From the NCBI GenBank assembly GCA_965207375.1, contig CBDBMG010000003.1, positions 160,001 to 224,000 of the forward strand: a stretch of 64,000 nucleotides of DNA, given 5' to 3'. Of this stretch, positions 57,690-64,000 are shown piece by piece. This DNA comes from Nitrosopumilaceae archaeon. Its GTDB lineage: Archaea > Thermoproteota > Nitrososphaeria > Nitrososphaerales > Nitrosopumilaceae. Positions within the stretch are counted from its first letter, which is position 1. Each line of letters starts with the position of its first letter. A program made the translations under genes and the position numbers. Under the pieces are notes generated by a model. It worked only from the letters and a program-made list of their open reading frames with translations. It ran no database searches and was not told the origin of the DNA.

Positions 57690-59862
57690 CCTAATGTATT
57701 GCTAACTTCCTAAGTGAAGCAGTATTGTGATATAGTGTAACTAACACTATATGGAGTCTGGTCCCTAGATATATCATCTATATTGAAAGGTCTTTACTTA
57801 TCTCCACTGTGCATTATTGTGATCTTATTGATAGACAATGGAGTAATATCAGTGATTGTATGAATTTAAAACACATGCCAGCTATAGCTTCAGTAAATGA
57901 GTGCTTTGTGTGGGGCCAAGATGAGCATGAGCGTATTATTTTTGCACCTCTGCATGTGGTTCATGCCTTCATGGCTGGCTATACCCCCTGCATGCTAGCC
58001 GTGCTACATATCAGTTATTGCCTGGTCCTTGTATAACTGTAATAGCTAACATATAGCTTTGGTATTCTATAGCCGGTCTCTTGTAGCCAGACAAATTCCA
58101 TAAGCTGCTTATTGATTAGGCACCTACTGTATAGTATTGTTAAATTTCTGTCATAGCCTCCACACTTTTGCTGTGGCTAGTAAATAGGTTAACATTTGAT
58201 CCAAAGAGGTGAGATAGCTAAGTGAATATGATTGAGATGTGGTAGCTATTATACTCCACTTACCTCACCTCTGTCCCTGAAATGTTAATACTTGTTACCA
58301 GCCACAGTAGAAGCATAGAGGCTGTGACAGAAATTTGTGATGGTCAGTGTACCAGACCACTGTAGCAGAAGCTTGTAGTCTTCAATTGATAAGCAGCTTG
58401 AGGATTGGTCTGGCTATACGTGAGATAGCTAGCTAGGTAGCTATTCATGGACTACATAACAAATAGCTAGTTGTGCATACGTGACTGATCATGCAGTGAT
58501 TATTTGCTTCTATGAATATTATAGTTTATAGCTATATATTGCTAGTCCTCTATACATACAAGATATTTACACACACAGACATATAATTATTATAGTAGTT
58601 AATTCAATCATGTGCATATACAGGCATGTGGTATGATTGTGGTTATGGAAGATAAAAGTTGTGGTCAGACTAAAATAATACATCTTTACATTTCATGATC
58701 TGTAACTATTGCCTAGAAGACTTTTATGGTAGTTATATCATGATATAATATGACCTATAGCTATAATAAGGCTATTGGCTAGCTGTACAAGGATGTGGAT
58801 TATCATATCATAAATATCAAAGCATTGTTTTGCCTAATAACAGCCACCACAAAATATTTCCATTATATCATAACAGAAGATGTTTTTTAAAAAGACTTCC
58901 ATCTGTGGCTATTTGAGAAGAGTGTTATAACATGGCCTCAGTTTGCTAGAATGAGATGGTTTATGGTATTGTCTTAAGTGTTTTTTTCAACATGTAATCC
59001 CAACAGCTGTTACATCATTGCCATACTTACCTTTGTAATGGAGTCTTGTGGACTGGCTCTTTTAATCCATAAAAATGGCTGGCCTACAAGACTGACCTTT
59101 ATGTTGTGTTGTATTACCTATAGCTTCTCAGTTATGATTTCAAATCTTATATGAGCAGTTTGTATCTACAAATATGCACAATTAAATAAAATGTTTCAAC
59201 GAAACATTGCCTACTCACTGTCGTTAATTTGAAGAATCCAAGACAAGTTTTAGTCGACCGGTTTCTAACTACCAGTTGGGTAGTATAGAGGACTTTGATT
59301 TGATGTTTAAAACAAAAATGCTATATGAAACGATTTAGCTATATCAATATGGCAGCTACTTGCATAGCTACATATATCCATGTGATCGGATTTTATATGC
59401 GCAATTATAAATATTTAGAAACACCGATTTGAAATATGTATCTCGAGAATACATGATGCCTCTTCTACACAATTCTCTACAAATACAAGATAATTCAATG
59501 GATATACTCTTGAATGGCTTGCTAGCTGAATTGCCTGTCAATTTTTATTAATACCACAAGTGCTTACATAGGGGTTCGGGGGTGGTAGGGAGCCACAATA
59601 GTGGCGGGCTAAACACACATCTAGAAGTCACACTTCCAAATGAACCCATTTGTGCTCTAGATACCACCAAAAGTAGCCAAATCAATGGATAACATTACTA
59701 GCCAGTCGTGAATTTTCATAAACAGCCAGCGGAGCCAATTGAAGATAGTCCAAGCACTTGTGGATGTCTGACACGCCTCAGAAAGCAGCCACAACAAAGT
59801 AAACTGAGCTGTTGGCATCCATATACACAGTTTATTAATGTAGCTATAGCTATCGAATGGTG

Positions 59863-60514
<652 letters not shown>

Positions 60515-61917
60515 CATGTGTACAGCTATATGGCAATTGTACAGATGTTAAATTCCATGAAATTCAATTGTCACATAACTGCAGGCATTATACAATCGGT
60601 TAACTAATCATCACATCTCCAAGACTGACGGTAGTTATATTGCTAGCTATATACATCAAAGTAACTGCCGAGTATGTATAACTTGTAGCTTACAATGGTA
60701 CAGGTATAGTAATGAAATATGTCTAAGGTTATTGTCACCTAGCTGTGAGATAATATTTGTACCCTTAGCAAACAGTTCATTGATCACTGTTTGTATAAAT
60801 AACACATTTGGGTATTATAAAAGACCCACAGACAAATAACCTTTCTGTACATGAAGCATCTAGCTATGGGATATCACAAATACTACCCCACTAGGGACCT
60901 TAGGACTGATATAGGCTTCACCATAGTTACATGTGCATGTAGTTACATAGATGAATATAATCAGAAAGGCATTGTATGTTCTTCCCTGAGGTTCACAAGA
61001 TCTTCAATTGTATTACATGCAATTACACATAACTGCATTGCTATATATAGTTCTGTTGTAATGTTATGTGATCATAAGGCCCTGTATGACTGAGGTGTAG
61101 TCCATACACACATAGTGACACATTCATAACACAACATGATAGTTGTAGCTAGGTAGCTACGTAGCTACTTCTGCTGCATATTTTAGGAAGTTCCTTATGA
61201 ATAACTTTACTTACTGCTTTTCACTGTTGCTTAGTGAAATGCATTTTACCATAGAAATCAGCATAACTATATGATAGCTATAGCTGTTGCTTGACAACAC
61301 AATAAACCCATACTTGTATCGGCTAAGGGTATTTCATAACACAGAAAAGGTTTAAATACCATATATGATAAAATAATTCAGAGGTTGCATGGATATAGTT
61401 AGCTAATATTCTTATAAGCGTTTTTCTGAATTCATGCATTGTTAGCTGGTGAGCTTCAGTTGTTATAGTTAGCAGTTGCATTACTAGGAATGTACATTGT
61501 CTTTAGTGTATTGTTTTACTTGAGAACAATAATAATTGGGTACCTAGCTATTCCCCTGAAACAATAGGATATATCCATGACAAATGTATTCACAAATAAG
61601 AAAGATACATGCAAGGATATTATGTAGGTAGTTAAGATCATGTTATGCTTTGAAGTCACTTAACTGGGCCCGTAATACTGTGGTGTAGCTCTACACAGTA
61701 ATATTGAATACTGCAGAATTTATATGCAACTACTATACTAAGATTACAGCAGTAATGGTATGGTTGATTATTCTCTTGTGTTAATAACCTACAGAAGTTA
61801 ACCTTCTATCTTAACTCAGGAAATGTAACTAAACAACCATATTTAGAAATCTGTTTGATATTTCAGGGTCATCCTTATTCCTAATATGAGGTTACTCTTC
61901 ACTGTCTGTTGCTATAG

Positions 61918-62871
61918 GCACCTCAGCCAACCGCTCATCCTACCTTTGTGATGTTGAACAACAAAATGGCAAACTTTTCTGCATCGCTGGCCAACCTGGA
62001 CCGGTTGCCATCACGTTACACGGACAGTGTGTTCATGTTTTATGTGAAAGATGGCGTCACCAAGGTAGACGACATTCTAGCAACACAGGTCAGTTTGTAA
62101 TTTTGTTTGTTGTTAAAAGAACTATCATCACATAATCGCCTCCATTAATCTCCAATGTTGTTATAACAAATTGTGTTAATGGAGTATGAACAGGAACACA
62201 GGGAGGGACATTAAGGTGAAATGCCCCATCCTATTTCCCTTCTGTAAGAGAATCAACCTACTTGTAGTTTGATTGGTACCTATTATCAATGCCCCATGTT
62301 TACAAGTTAGTGATTCTTTCATATTGTTGGAAGCTTAAGAAAACAAAGAAACATTCTGGCTTACCATCAAAAACCAGTTATTGATTTAAACAATGATATA
62401 GCAAGTGCTCTCCATTACGTCTCCTGAATTCTGGAAACCCCCAGTGGTTTGGGAGTGTCCACTATAAGTAATTAATTCAACCATGCAGGTGTCAAATTGC
62501 TGTGGCAATAGATGATATCATTTGAGGTATAATGATCTATGTAACTAATTTATTGTATTTCATTTAGCAACAGCTGTTCACCTCCCAGCCGGAGGAATTT
62601 CAACGATTACTTCAAGGATTAGGTTGGACTGTTGATCCAGCAAATCACCCTGGATTCAAGGGAAAGCTCCATCCAGTCACTGACGAAATTCCTGGTAATA
62701 AACTGTTGATAGTTCAGGCTCAGATACCCTGTACTCCATTCACATACTACACCGATTCCGTACACGAAGTGGCATTTGTCACTCCAGTCGCACGTAGTTC
62801 TGCATGGAGTAATTCCAATTCCAGTGTCCGTTCTGTGGACTCGTCAGATTCCGGAGGAAATGTTGGCCCAT
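61918..62871 (+). CDS. RALGAPB: RALGAPB exons 19-20 (start of the RapGAP-like domain)
   Basis: LANLDRLPSRYTDSVFMFYVKDG and FQRLLQGLGWTVDPANHPGFKG..YYTDSVHEVAFVTP. Confidence 0.87.
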
Positions 62872-63369
62872 GTAAGTGTATACCACTATATAATGCAAAG
62901 AGTATATATACCAGTGTAGTCCACATGGCCAGATTGCTTTTATATTTCTGTTTTTATTTGTGGTGGCGGAAAAGGATCTGGTTACCTTAACATAGATTTT
63001 TGTACTACATTTTGAGGAGCATTGATTGCTGATGATAAGCCAGTAAGGGTTCAGTAAATCATGGTTTGAACTAGTCGCCACAGGTGCCATTTGTTAACAC
63101 TTCCTTTTCAGCAATCAATGCTCCCCAAAATCTGGGAATTTACAGCACAAAATATCTATAAGGTAACCAGACCCTTTTTTCCGTCACCACAAATAATGGA
63201 AAAGGTAGATTAATACCACTGCATGATGCAATGGATGTGTACTACTTAAAAGACTATGTCAGACCAGTTTGGTTTTTCAGTTCATAGTACTATTTATTAA
63301 TTGTCACTTACATGTTACATGGTTTAGTTTAAAAAACTGTACCCACAAGAACAAGGGACTTTGTGTTAT

Positions 63370-63890
63370 AGGGAATTACCTACTGAAGGATGTTAAAGAT
63401 CCATACTTAGCGTTGATGTCTTACAGAGCTACACCTTTACCATGGTGCAATCTATCTCCAGCTCATTACTAATGGGGAGAAGAATAAGAACAGTTGTTCC
63501 AGAAGCAGATGGTGTCTTGATTCCAAGTTGGCCAAATTTGACAGAATTCCAACAGGTCGACAAATAGTATAAAAAGAAGCAAGAACGTCAATTTAACAAG
63601 AGACACAGAGCACGAGAGTTCATAACGGTTGGGAGAAGGCCCAATAATGTTCCTGGGAGAGTGATTCAATCATCTGGAACGAGATCATATACTGTTGAAA
63701 TTCCCAGCGGTACATCTCGAAGGAATTGATGTCATTTACATCAAAGACCTGACAATAATGATATTGCAAGGCCATCTGAACTTAGAAGTCCTGTCCAGAC
63801 CAGAAGTAAGACTGAAACTGTTTTGAGATCCCCAAACAGACTGACTTACTGAAAGGGGGAGATGTAGTGTATAGTGACACTTATACTATG
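63370..63890 (+). mobile_element. 3' end of a Ty3/gypsy element (integrase C-terminus, PPT, start of 3' LTR)
   Basis: DPYLALMSYRATPL..SPA..LMGRRIRT, then PPT GAAAGGGGGAGA followed by TGTAGTGT at 63863. Confidence 0.8.
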
Positions 63891-64000
63891 TTCACACGAG
63901 CACGCTTACTTGGTTTGGCTCGGATCGGCTCGGTTTGGTTTGAAAAGGGGTAGGGTTCACACGAGCAACAGTAGCTCGATTCGGCCTGGAAAATTTAAGC

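Noticed and set aside
61867-61890. Possible 24-nt mini-exon
   Set aside because: It contains TAA in frame and would leave a 27-nt intron. The flanking exons join in phase without it.

Overview
AT-rich eukaryotic (animal) genomic DNA, most likely from a sponge or similar marine invertebrate (inferred from 47-50 nt introns, the kinase family and the repeat style). The first ~23 kb is a nest of decayed transposons: an Ulp1-protease gene end, a Dada-like DDE transposase with OTU and CXC domains, hAT, P-like, Ginger2/KRBA2-like, possibly Transib/RAG1-like, Ty3/gypsy, many MITEs and a 9-bp minisatellite. A TKL-type kinase gene (minus strand, ATG at 24614) and a multi-exon RALGAPB gene (plus strand, ATG at 25054, 20 exons traced to 62871) lie head-to-head. 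Both carry disabling lesions. RALGAPB has a displaced splice donor, an ISL2EU element inserted in a coding exon, an in-frame TGA and a frameshift. An intact-looking tRNA-Ser(TGA) lies antisense in one intron. The most unusual structures are a family of A-A'-B-B' palindromic elements with an internal lox/dif-like site, a fold-back MITE built from two convergent tRNA-Leu-derived units, and a MITE inserted just after the start codon of the ISL2EU YqaJ gene. All family assignments come from motif recognition only; no database search was run.
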